A DNA stretch of 64,000 bases from Asaia bogorensis. Its GTDB lineage: Bacteria; Pseudomonadota; Alphaproteobacteria; Reyranellales; Reyranellaceae. Below the pieces are notes generated by a model that was not told where the DNA came from, made no database searches, and saw only the letters and a list, made by a program, of their open reading frames with translations. Position numbers and translations under genes: made by a program. Positions within the stretch are counted from its first letter, which is position 1. Each line of letters begins with the position of its first letter. Below, piece by piece: positions 1 to 7,501 of this stretch. The stretch covers positions 29,094 through 93,093 of the forward strand of contig CALRZP010000018.1 of the NCBI GenBank assembly GCA_943372655.1. Direction: 5' to 3'.

Positions 1-13
1 GTGATCAGGTTCC

Positions 14-760
14 TCATGTCAGGAACTCGCCGCCGTTCACGTGGATCGTCTGGCCGGTGATGAAGGTGCCTTCCGGCCCGACCAGCAGCCGCACCATGGC
101 GGCGATCTCCTCGACCGTGCCGAAGCGCTTCAGCGGAATCGGACGGTTCACCGCCGGACGCGCGCCTGCCGCCGCGCCGCGCGTCGTGTCGATCGCGCCG
201 GGCGCCAGCGCGTTGCAGGTGATCCTGTGCGGCGCCAGCTCGACCGCCAGCGCCCGCATCAGCCCTTCGAGACCCGACTTCGAGGCCGACACGTGACAGC
301 GGTTGGGCGTGCCGACGTGGGTGGAAATGCCGGACAGCGCCACGAAGGCGCCGCCACCGCGCGCCACCATCTGGGGCACGATCGCCTTGCCCAGCAGGAA
401 GGCGCCGTCGAGCGCGACCGACATGATCTCGCGCCACTCCTCGAACGACATGTCGAGGAAAGAGGTCTGGCGACGCAGGCCTGCGTTGCTGACGAGAATG
501 TCGACGCCGCCGAACCTGGCGGCGGCCTCGGCCGCGAGACGTGGCGGCACTGACGGATCGGAGACATCGCCCATCGCGGCCATCGCCCGGCCCCCGGCGG
601 CCTCGATCTCGCCCACGACGGCATCGACCGCCGCTCTGTCCGAACGCCCGTTGACCACGATGGCCGCGCCGTCGCGCGCCAGGGTCAGCGCAATCGTGCG
701 GCCGATGTTCTTGCCCGCGCCCGTCACCAGCGCGACCTTGCCTTGCAGGGGTAATGACAT
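14..760 (-). CDS. SDR family oxidoreductase (FabG-like)
   Basis: 248-aa ORF. Rossmann motif VTGAGKNIG, NAG motif and SDR-type active-site region. The usual YxxxK reads HVSASK (see findings). Confidence 0.8.
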   Translation of the reverse strand: MSLPLQGKVALVTGAGKNIGRTIALTLARDGAAIVVNGRSDRAAVDAVVGEIEAAGGRAMAAMGDVSDPSVPPRLAAEAAARFGGVDILVSNAGLRRQTSFLDMSFEEWREIMSVALDGAFLLGKAIVPQMVARGGGAFVALSGISTHVGTPNRCHVSASKSGLEGLMRALAVELAPHRITCNALAPGAIDTTRGAAAGARPAVNRPIPLKRFGTVEEIAAMVRLLVGPEGTFITGQTIHVNGGEFLT

Positions 761-825
761 GCCTTCTCCGCCCAGGGTCCGGCCGGGACCCTAGCGGAGA
801 TCGGTTGCGAACTTAAGCGTTGCCG

Positions 826-1257
826 TCAGCCGGCGACGATATAGGCCCGCAGCGCCTCGGTTTCGTGCTGGGCTTCCTCGAGACGCGCCTTCACGACGTC
901 GCCGATGGAGACAAGGCCCAGCAGTTCGCCGTGACGCACGACCGGCAGGTGACGGAAGCGACCGCGCGTCATGACCTGCATGACATGCTCGATCGAATCG
1001 TCCGGATCGCAGGTCACGACATCGCGGGTCATGATGGCGCGCGCCTCGAAATCCAGGGCGGCGGCGCCGTGCCTGGCGAAGGCGTGCACGAGGTCGCGTT
1101 CGGAAACGATGCCGGCAATCGAATCGCCGGAATCGAGGATCAGCACCGAGCCGATGTGACGCGTGCTGAGCTGCTGGGAAATCTGGCCGACCGAGGTGCC
1201 CGGTGTGACCGTGTGAACGAGACCGCCCTTACGCGACAGGATATCGGAGACGAACAT
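826..1257 (-). CDS. CBS domain-containing protein
   Basis: ORF 826..1395 trimmed to the ATG at 1257, which is preceded by a GGAGGA SD. Two CBS-like repeats (GIVSERDLV, GLVSIGDVV). The upstream extension overlaps the divergent queC start. Confidence 0.8.
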   Translation of the reverse strand: MFVSDILSRKGGLVHTVTPGTSVGQISQQLSTRHIGSVLILDSGDSIAGIVSERDLVHAFARHGAAALDFEARAIMTRDVVTCDPDDSIEHVMQVMTRGRFRHLPVVRHGELLGLVSIGDVVKARLEEAQHETEALRAYIVAG

Positions 1258-1339
1258 GGGTTCCTCCTTCTGTGGTCGATGGGTCTGCTGAACGCCAACA
1301 CTGTAGCGCGGAGGGAGGTTGCGGGCGATAAAGCCCCTC

Positions 1340-2053
1340 ATGAACGATGCCCGATCTGCCCTCGTCCTCTTCTCCGGTGGACAGGACTCCACCACGTGTC
1401 TGGCCTGGGCGCTAGAGCGATTCGCGCATGTCGAGACGGTCGCTTTCGACTACCGCCAGAGGCACCGAATCGAGCTGGATCAAAGGCTTGTCGTCCTCGA
1501 CCAGATCCGGAGCCGCTTTCCGCATTGGGCGGAGCGGCTGGGCGAAGACCATTTCATCGACATGGGCGTGCTGGGACAAATCAGTGACACGTCTCTGACG
1601 CGTGACGTCGCCTTCGCGATGGAAAATGACGGGCTGCCCAACAGCTTCGTGCCAGGCCGCAACCTCCTCTTCTTCACCTTCGCCGCCGCCGTGGCCTGGC
1701 GGCGCAACATCCGCAACCTGATCGGCGGCATGTGCGAGACGGATTTCTCGGGCTATCCCGACTGCCGCGACAACACGATCAAGGCGCTGCAGGTGACGCT
1801 CAACCTCGGCATGGATCGCGCCTTCGTGCTCCACACGCCGCTGATGTGGCTCGACAAGGCCGAGACCTGGGGGCTTGCCCACGAGTTGGGTGGCACGCCG
1901 CTGGTCGATCTGGTCCTGGAGCACACCCACACCTGCTACGACAGCGTCCGGGGCGCACGGCATGACTGGGGGTATGGATGCGGCGAGTGCCCCGCCTGCG
2001 CCTTGCGCAAGCGGGGCTTCATCGCATGGCGCGAAGGCAAGGCCTCGCTGTAG
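1340..2053 (+). CDS. queC: 7-cyano-7-deazaguanine synthase
   Basis: N-terminal PP-loop [13 protein letters not shown] and C-terminal Zn-Cys cluster (CYD..CGECPAC) typical of QueC. Start trimmed to MNDARS. Confidence 0.9.
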   Translation: MNDARSALVLFSGGQDSTTCLAWALERFAHVETVAFDYRQRHRIELDQRLVVLDQIRSRFPHWAERLGEDHFIDMGVLGQISDTSLTRDVAFAMENDGLPNSFVPGRNLLFFTFAAAVAWRRNIRNLIGGMCETDFSGYPDCRDNTIKALQVTLNLGMDRAFVLHTPLMWLDKAETWGLAHELGGTPLVDLVLEHTHTCYDSVRGARHDWGYGCGECPACALRKRGFIAWREGKASL

Positions 2054-2057
2054 GGGG

Positions 2058-2576
2058 CTAGCGGCCGCCGGCCAGCTGACGGGCGCCGGTCAGGTTCTCC
2101 TGGACCTTCGGAAACTGGCCCTGGGCGTAGCGGCGCAACGCGCCGTTCCCACCGTCCTGCGAGTAGGCGCCGTACTGCGCATTGGCATCGATGTGCGCGG
2201 CGAGCTGGGCGTTGGCATAGGCGGTATCGAACTCCACGCCTTCCAGCACCTGCAGCCGCTGCAGCGTAGCCGTCCAGCCCGGCGCATTGCTGGGATCGGG
2301 CGCGTAGGAGACACCCGCTTCCTGCCGCGCCTTGGAGAGGTACTGCGCCGCCTCGGTCTGATCAGCGACCATGCGGGCGGCAAAGCCGCGGACGTTCTCG
2401 TTCGTCGACTTGGCGAGCGCAAGCCGACCCGAGGCGATCTCGAAGTCGTTGAAGTCCTGGGCAAAGCCCACGAAGCGGGCGTCCGGCAGCGCATTGACGG
2501 CGAACGCGGCGGCGACAGGGAGGGCCGACAGGGCGGCGGCGCCGAACAGGACCGAGCGACGGGCGAGGGGCTGCAT
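2058..2576 (-). CDS. DUF4142 domain-containing secreted protein
   Basis: Signal peptide MQPLARRSVLFGAAALSALPVAAAFA after an AGGAGA SD. DUF4142-like FEIASGRLA..VRGFAARMV core. Confidence 0.7.
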   Translation of the reverse strand: MQPLARRSVLFGAAALSALPVAAAFAVNALPDARFVGFAQDFNDFEIASGRLALAKSTNENVRGFAARMVADQTEAAQYLSKARQEAGVSYAPDPSNAPGWTATLQRLQVLEGVEFDTAYANAQLAAHIDANAQYGAYSQDGGNGALRRYAQGQFPKVQENLTGARQLAGGR

Positions 2577-2671
2577 GAAATGTCTCCTGGATTGTGTGCG
2601 ACCTAACGCAACCACTGCGGTCGGGTTCCCCAGGGTTCCAGCGGCGCGGCGGACCTGCTAGGAGCGCGGGC

Positions 2672-3238
2672 ATGAATTCGACCAAGCAGGCAAGGTTCGC
2701 GGGCCTGGCCTTTTTCCTGGGCTTCATTGCCTGCATCCCGATCGCCAACTGGATGATCGGTAATGTCGGCGCCGTCTGCGTGCCGCAGGGACCGTGCCTG
2801 GTGCCGGTCTGGCCGTGGGGTCCCGGCGGCAAGCCCCTGATGGCACCCTCGGGCGTCCTGATGATCGGGCTGGCGCTGGTCCTGCGCGACCTCGTGCAGC
2901 GAAGGCTCGGGCGCGGCGTCGCCGTCGGCGCCATCGTGGCGGGCGCTGCCCTGTCGGGGGCCGTCGCACCGACGCAGCTTCTGATCGCCTCGGCGACGGC
3001 CTTCCTCCTGTCCGAACTCGCGGACTTCGCGGTCTATACGCCGCTGCAGTCGCGCGGCCTCGTGCTGGCCGTGCTGGCCAGCAGCGTCGTCGGGCTGATC
3101 GCCGACAGCGTCCTCTTCCTCTGGCTGGCCTTCGGCAGCCTCGACTATCTGGCCGGCCAGATCCTGGGCAAGCTCTGGATGGTCTTGCTGGCCCTTCCCT
3201 TCATCCATTGGATCCGCAAGCGGGAGTTGTCGACATGA
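2672..3238 (+). CDS. VUT family / YhhQ-like queuosine-precursor transporter (DUF165)
   Basis: Polytopic membrane protein, trimmed to the ATG at 2672 (MNSTKQARFAGLAFFLGF..). The IANWMI..G..L..PSGVLMIGL..RDLVQ pattern is recalled from the YhhQ family. Lies near queC. Confidence 0.7.
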   Translation: MNSTKQARFAGLAFFLGFIACIPIANWMIGNVGAVCVPQGPCLVPVWPWGPGGKPLMAPSGVLMIGLALVLRDLVQRRLGRGVAVGAIVAGAALSGAVAPTQLLIASATAFLLSELADFAVYTPLQSRGLVLAVLASSVVGLIADSVLFLWLAFGSLDYLAGQILGKLWMVLLALPFIHWIRKRELST

Positions 3239-3681
3239 GCCTTTCCCTGTTGCCGGTCGACGATCGTGTCTCGGTTTCCGGCCAGCTCGATCCGAGCGAC
3301 ATGAAGGAAGTCGCCGCTGCAGGCTTCACCGCCGTCGTGAACAACCGGCCGGATGGAGAGGCCTTCTTTGGCCAGCCGAAGACCGCGGACCTGCGTGCGG
3401 CCGCCGAAGCAGCCGGACTGCAATTCCTCGACCTGCCATTCTCCGGTCCACGCGCGACACCCGACCAGGTGCGTGCCTTCGCCGACCTGCTTGCAGAAGG
3501 CGACGGCCAGGTCGTCGCCTTCTGCAAGAGCGGCATGCGATCGGCGCTGCTCTGGGGCGCCGCGTCACTGGCCAACGGCCGCTCGATCGAAGAGGTCCTG
3601 CGCGGCGCACGCCATGCTGGCCAGCAGCTGGACGGCGTCGCAGAGCTTATGATCGGCCTCGCACAGGCGGCGCGACGCTGA
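3235..3681 (+). CDS. TIGR01244 (DUF442, PTP-like) family protein
   Basis: MSLSLLPVDDRVSVSGQL..NNRPDGE..CKSGMRS pattern. The ATG overlaps the transporter stop (ATGA at 3235-3238). The long N-terminal extension in the track is a shadow of the transporter gene. Confidence 0.7.
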   Translation: MSLSLLPVDDRVSVSGQLDPSDMKEVAAAGFTAVVNNRPDGEAFFGQPKTADLRAAAEAAGLQFLDLPFSGPRATPDQVRAFADLLAEGDGQVVAFCKSGMRSALLWGAASLANGRSIEEVLRGARHAGQQLDGVAELMIGLAQAARR

Positions 3682-3766
3682 GCCGCCGACCGAAAGACTT
3701 GGCTTGCACCTGAGGCGCCGCCGCTTCTTAATCGCGCGTCTTGAAGAATCCCTGGGGGAGTATTCC

Positions 3767-4597
3767 ATGTTGAAGTCGATTCTGGCCGTGTCCGAAGGCG
3801 GTCCCGACGCCGCGATGTCGTTCCGGCTGGCCGCCCGCGTCGCCGGCAACTTCGACGCCACCGTGGATGCGCTGCATCTGCCGGTCGGGCCGGCCGGCGG
3901 TGCCATCGGCGGGCTCGCCATGAGCGGCGAGGCGATGCCGCTGATCATGAACCTCGACGACGAGCGCCTCGAGGAGCGCAGCAAGGAATCGGAGCGCGCC
4001 TACAAGGAAGTGCTCGGCAGCAACGCCGGCTCGACCTACACCGCCGCCGAGACCGCGACGCTCGACACGCTGGTCGCCATGGGCCGCTGCTCGGACCTGC
4101 TGGTGCTCGGTCGCCCGGGCTCCGATCCGGAGAACGTGGCGCCCGCCACCGTCGAAGCCGCCATCCACGAATGCGCGCGCCCCGTCATGATCGCGCCGCC
4201 GAACGCCGGCACCGGCGGCTTCGGCTCGGTCATCGTTGCCTGGAACGGCAGCTTCCAGGCCGCCCGCGCCGTCGAATATTCCCTGCCGTTCCTCGCGAAG
4301 GCGAGCGCCATCACGATCCTGGTCGTCGGCTCCAAGGCCGACGATGTCGGCGCCTCGTATCTGTCACGCAATCTCGGCCGGCACGGCATCAAGACCACCA
4401 TCGACGCCATCGATCCCGGCGCGGTGTCGGGCCGCGCCCGCGGACGCGCCCTGCTCGACTACACGCACGGCAAGGGCGCCGACCTGCTGGTGATGGGCGC
4501 CTATGGCCGGGGCCAGGTCATGAGCTTCCTCGGCCTGGGCGGCGCCACCGGCAAGGTGATCTCGTCCTGCCGCGTGCCGCTGCTGCTGGCGCATTGA
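3767..4597 (+). CDS. universal stress protein (tandem Usp domains)
   Basis: Trimmed to MLKSILAVSEGG after a GGGGGAG SD. C-terminal Usp signature DLLVMGAYGRG..GLGGATGKVI. Confidence 0.8.
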   Translation: MLKSILAVSEGGPDAAMSFRLAARVAGNFDATVDALHLPVGPAGGAIGGLAMSGEAMPLIMNLDDERLEERSKESERAYKEVLGSNAGSTYTAAETATLDTLVAMGRCSDLLVLGRPGSDPENVAPATVEAAIHECARPVMIAPPNAGTGGFGSVIVAWNGSFQAARAVEYSLPFLAKASAITILVVGSKADDVGASYLSRNLGRHGIKTTIDAIDPGAVSGRARGRALLDYTHGKGADLLVMGAYGRGQVMSFLGLGGATGKVISSCRVPLLLAH

Positions 4598-4608
4598 GGG
4601 ATCAAATG

Positions 4609-4734
4609 CTTCCCCTTTGCGGGCTCCGCAAAGGGGAAGTGCCCTCGTCTTACGAGGGCGATGGGGTCATGACCCCTCCGGCCAAAAGGCGCTGTAAACA
4701 GCGCCGGGGCCACCTCCCCATTTGAATGGGGAGG
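4609..4734. repeat. Hairpin-array repeat, family C (copy 1)
   Basis: String of hairpins: cttcccctttgcgg..ccgcaaaggggaag, ccctcgtcttacgaggg, ggcc..ggcc, cctccccatttgaatggggagg. Same modules in reverse orientation at 27465..27584. Confidence 0.8.
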
Positions 4735-4776
4735 AACAAGATCGACGCTTGAATTGCCTCTCCGCCCCTAACAGAC

Positions 4777-6246
4777 TCAGGGGCAGGCGCCGGCACCCTG
4801 GGTCACGACCTGCGGATCGCTGCAGGCGGTACAGGCGTTGGCGTAGGTCTTGCGCGTTCCGTCGCGCAGCTGGCCGCAGGCGGGACGATAGTCCTTGGTG
4901 CACATCTTCGGCCGCGGATCGGCGCAGGGCCCACCCGCCACCGGCAGCGATTCCGGCGCCAGCTCGGCGCGGGTCAGGCGGAACAGGAACGGCTGGGTCC
5001 GGTACTCGCTCAACGTTCCGAACATGAAGATGGTCGAACCCACCGCGGGCAGCGGGCTGAGCGGTCGCATCATCGTCACGTCGAGCTCGACGAGATTGCG
5101 GGCCTGCGCCTCGTCGCTGATCGCGCCCTCGATGCGCTCGGGCGTGGCGGTGATCACCTTCATCGGCAGCTTCAGCCGCTGGCCGCCCTGTTGCCTGTCA
5201 CCGATCGCCTTCCATACCGCCTCGGCGGCCCGCTTGTTGGCCGGACTGACATCGCGATGGCGCAGCACGAGCACCCACTGCGGCGGCGTCAGCTTGGCCG
5301 GCTCGTTGTCCTCCAGGACTTCGAGCGCCCGCTCGGGGGGCGTCATGTTGCGCGGGATCGATTTCCTGAAGTTGGCGGGTGGCGCGCTCTCGTTGGCGAC
5401 GCGCGTCACGATCGCGTCCCATCCTTCCTCGCTGCCGCGATAGACGCTGTAGCGCGAGCGAACGTAGCGATCGATGTCCTGTGCCGCCGAGTCGTTCTTC
5501 GCCGCCCTGGCGATGGCGATGGCACGGGCGCCGTACCAGAAGCCCAGCGCATCGACCGGCGAGCCCTCGAGCTGGACCACCGAGTACTGATAGACATCCT
5601 GCAGGTTGGCCGGGTCGGCCGCCACGGCCACGCGATAGTATTCGCGCGCCTTGTCATAGTCCTTGGCCTGCAGCGCTGCGTAGCCCAGCACGCCGTTGAA
5701 GATGCCGGCCATCTGTTCCTTGAGCTGGGCGAAGCCGGCATCGTCGAGCAATGCGGGCTTCTGCCACCTGGGCATCACGGCAAGGCCGCGCTCGGAAGCC
5801 GTGACGGCCGCTGCCAGCGCCGCGGCGTCGCCGCCCGATGCCTTGAGGCGTCCGACATAGGCCCGGTTGGCCAGCGCGCGCACATTGTCGGGATCGACCT
5901 GCAGCAGGCGCGCAACGAGGAAGTCGGCCTTGGCCGGCTGGTTGGCGGCCTGCCAGGCCGAGATCGCCTGCTCATGGGCGTCCAGCCGCAGGACGCTGCC
6001 GGGATACCAGGCTATGAACACCTCCATGGCCTGCGCCCGCCGCGCCGGGTCCTTGGTGTTCAGCGCCGACATGTAGCTGTCGTATTCGGCAGGGTTGGCG
6101 AAGGAGCCGCGTTGAGCCGGGCTGCCGGCTGCCGAAGGGGCAGGCGTCTGCGGGGGTGTCTGCGGGGATGTCTGGGCGGCAGCGTTGAACGACGCGACGG
6201 CACACGCCGCCGCGAGAACGATAGCCAACCACCGCCATGCCGCCAT
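4777..6246 (-). CDS. Secreted TPR-like repeat protein with C-terminal Kazal-like six-Cys domain
   Basis: Trimmed to MAAWRWLAIVLAAACAVASFNAAAQ (signal peptide) after a GGAGAGGAG SD. Pro/Thr linker, TPR-like helices, C-terminal C..C-x7-C..TYxNxC-x2-C..C. Confidence 0.65.
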   Translation of the reverse strand: MAAWRWLAIVLAAACAVASFNAAAQTSPQTPPQTPAPSAAGSPAQRGSFANPAEYDSYMSALNTKDPARRAQAMEVFIAWYPGSVLRLDAHEQAISAWQAANQPAKADFLVARLLQVDPDNVRALANRAYVGRLKASGGDAAALAAAVTASERGLAVMPRWQKPALLDDAGFAQLKEQMAGIFNGVLGYAALQAKDYDKAREYYRVAVAADPANLQDVYQYSVVQLEGSPVDALGFWYGARAIAIARAAKNDSAAQDIDRYVRSRYSVYRGSEEGWDAIVTRVANESAPPANFRKSIPRNMTPPERALEVLEDNEPAKLTPPQWVLVLRHRDVSPANKRAAEAVWKAIGDRQQGGQRLKLPMKVITATPERIEGAISDEAQARNLVELDVTMMRPLSPLPAVGSTIFMFGTLSEYRTQPFLFRLTRAELAPESLPVAGGPCADPRPKMCTKDYRPACGQLRDGTRKTYANACTACSDPQVVTQGAGACP

Positions 6247-6364
6247 TCCCGACTCCTCTCCGATCACGCGCTGTGTTGCAAGGCCCATCTCGACTTGAAT
6301 TGCCGTGACCATTTGGGCGAATTAAGGCACTGTTCCGCCGATAGTTTTAAGCGGGGATTTCAGG

Positions 6365-7498
6365 ATGAAAGACCGACGTTCGACGGCTTCGATGCTCGTC
6401 GCTGCGGCGCTTTGGGTTGCCTGCAGCGCAGCACCGGCGCAGGCCCAGCAGCCGGGCGCCCCGCCCCCCGCCGTTCTCGTGCAGGCCGCCGAGCTGAAGC
6501 CGATCGCCGACCAGTCCGAGTTCATCGGCCGCGCCGCGGCGGTCGACAAGGTCGAGCTGCGCGCCCGGGTGAAGGGCTTCCTCGGTCCGCGCAAGTTCGC
6601 CGACGGCGACCAGGTCAAGAAGGACCAGATCGTCTTCACCATCGAGCCCGAGACCTACCAGGCGGCGGTCGACCAGAAGAAGGCCCAGCTCGACGCCACG
6701 CGGGCCGCGCTGGCGAATGCCGAGCTTCAGCTGAAGCGCGCCGCCGAGCTGCTGCGCACCAATACCGGCACCCAGGTCACCTACGACCAGCGGCTCTCCG
6801 AGCAGCTTCAGGCCAAGGCGCAGGTCGAGGACGCCAGCGCCCAGCTCCGCGACGCCGAACTCCAGCTCTCCTACACCGACATCAAGTCGCCGATCGACGG
6901 CCGCATCGGTCGCGCCGCCTTCTCGCCGGGCAATCTCGTCAGCCCCGAATCGGGGGTGCTGGCCACCGTCGTCAGCGAGAACCCGATCCGCGTGCTGTTC
7001 CCCGTAACGCAGCGCGAGCTGCTCGACGCGCGTCGCGACCAGGCCGCCGACCCGAACGGCATCGTGGTGCGCATCCGGCTTGCCGACGGCTCGATCTACA
7101 AGGAAATCGGCAAGATCGACTTCATCGACAACACGGTCGACGCCAAGACCGACGGCCAGATCGTGCGCGCCACCTTCCCGAACCCGGAAGGGATGCTGAC
7201 CGACGGCCAGACCCTGCGCGTGATCATCGAGGGCGAGACGGTGCCGACATCGGTGGCCGTGCCGCAGGCCGCCATCGCCCAGGACCAGACCGGCGCCTAC
7301 CTGTTCGTCGTGAACGACAAGAATGTGGTCGAGCAGAAGCGCGTCCGGACCGGCGTGTCGCGCGACGGCATGGTCGCCATCACCTCCGGCCTTCAGGCCG
7401 GCGAGAGGGTGATCGTGCAGGGCCAGCAGCGCGTGCGACCGGGCATGACGGTCAATCCCAGCGTGGCGCCGCCTTCGGCCTCGACGCAGAAGAAATAA
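6365..7498 (+). CDS. Efflux RND transporter periplasmic adaptor subunit
   Basis: Lipoprotein-like N-terminus (..LWVACSAAP), coiled-coil hairpin region and beta-barrel region typical of the AcrA/MexA family. Directly precedes the RND permease. Confidence 0.85.
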   Translation: MKDRRSTASMLVAAALWVACSAAPAQAQQPGAPPPAVLVQAAELKPIADQSEFIGRAAAVDKVELRARVKGFLGPRKFADGDQVKKDQIVFTIEPETYQAAVDQKKAQLDATRAALANAELQLKRAAELLRTNTGTQVTYDQRLSEQLQAKAQVEDASAQLRDAELQLSYTDIKSPIDGRIGRAAFSPGNLVSPESGVLATVVSENPIRVLFPVTQRELLDARRDQAADPNGIVVRIRLADGSIYKEIGKIDFIDNTVDAKTDGQIVRATFPNPEGMLTDGQTLRVIIEGETVPTSVAVPQAAIAQDQTGAYLFVVNDKNVVEQKRVRTGVSRDGMVAITSGLQAGERVIVQGQQRVRPGMTVNPSVAPPSASTQKK

Positions 7499-7501
7499 GT
7501 C

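Noticed and set aside
2577-2671. Possible preQ1 riboswitch upstream of the YhhQ/VUT transporter gene
   Set aside because: I looked for a short P1 hairpin followed by an A-rich tail ending near the SD (preQ1-I) and found none. The leader is GC-rich with only generic hairpins. I cannot support it without a covariance-model search.
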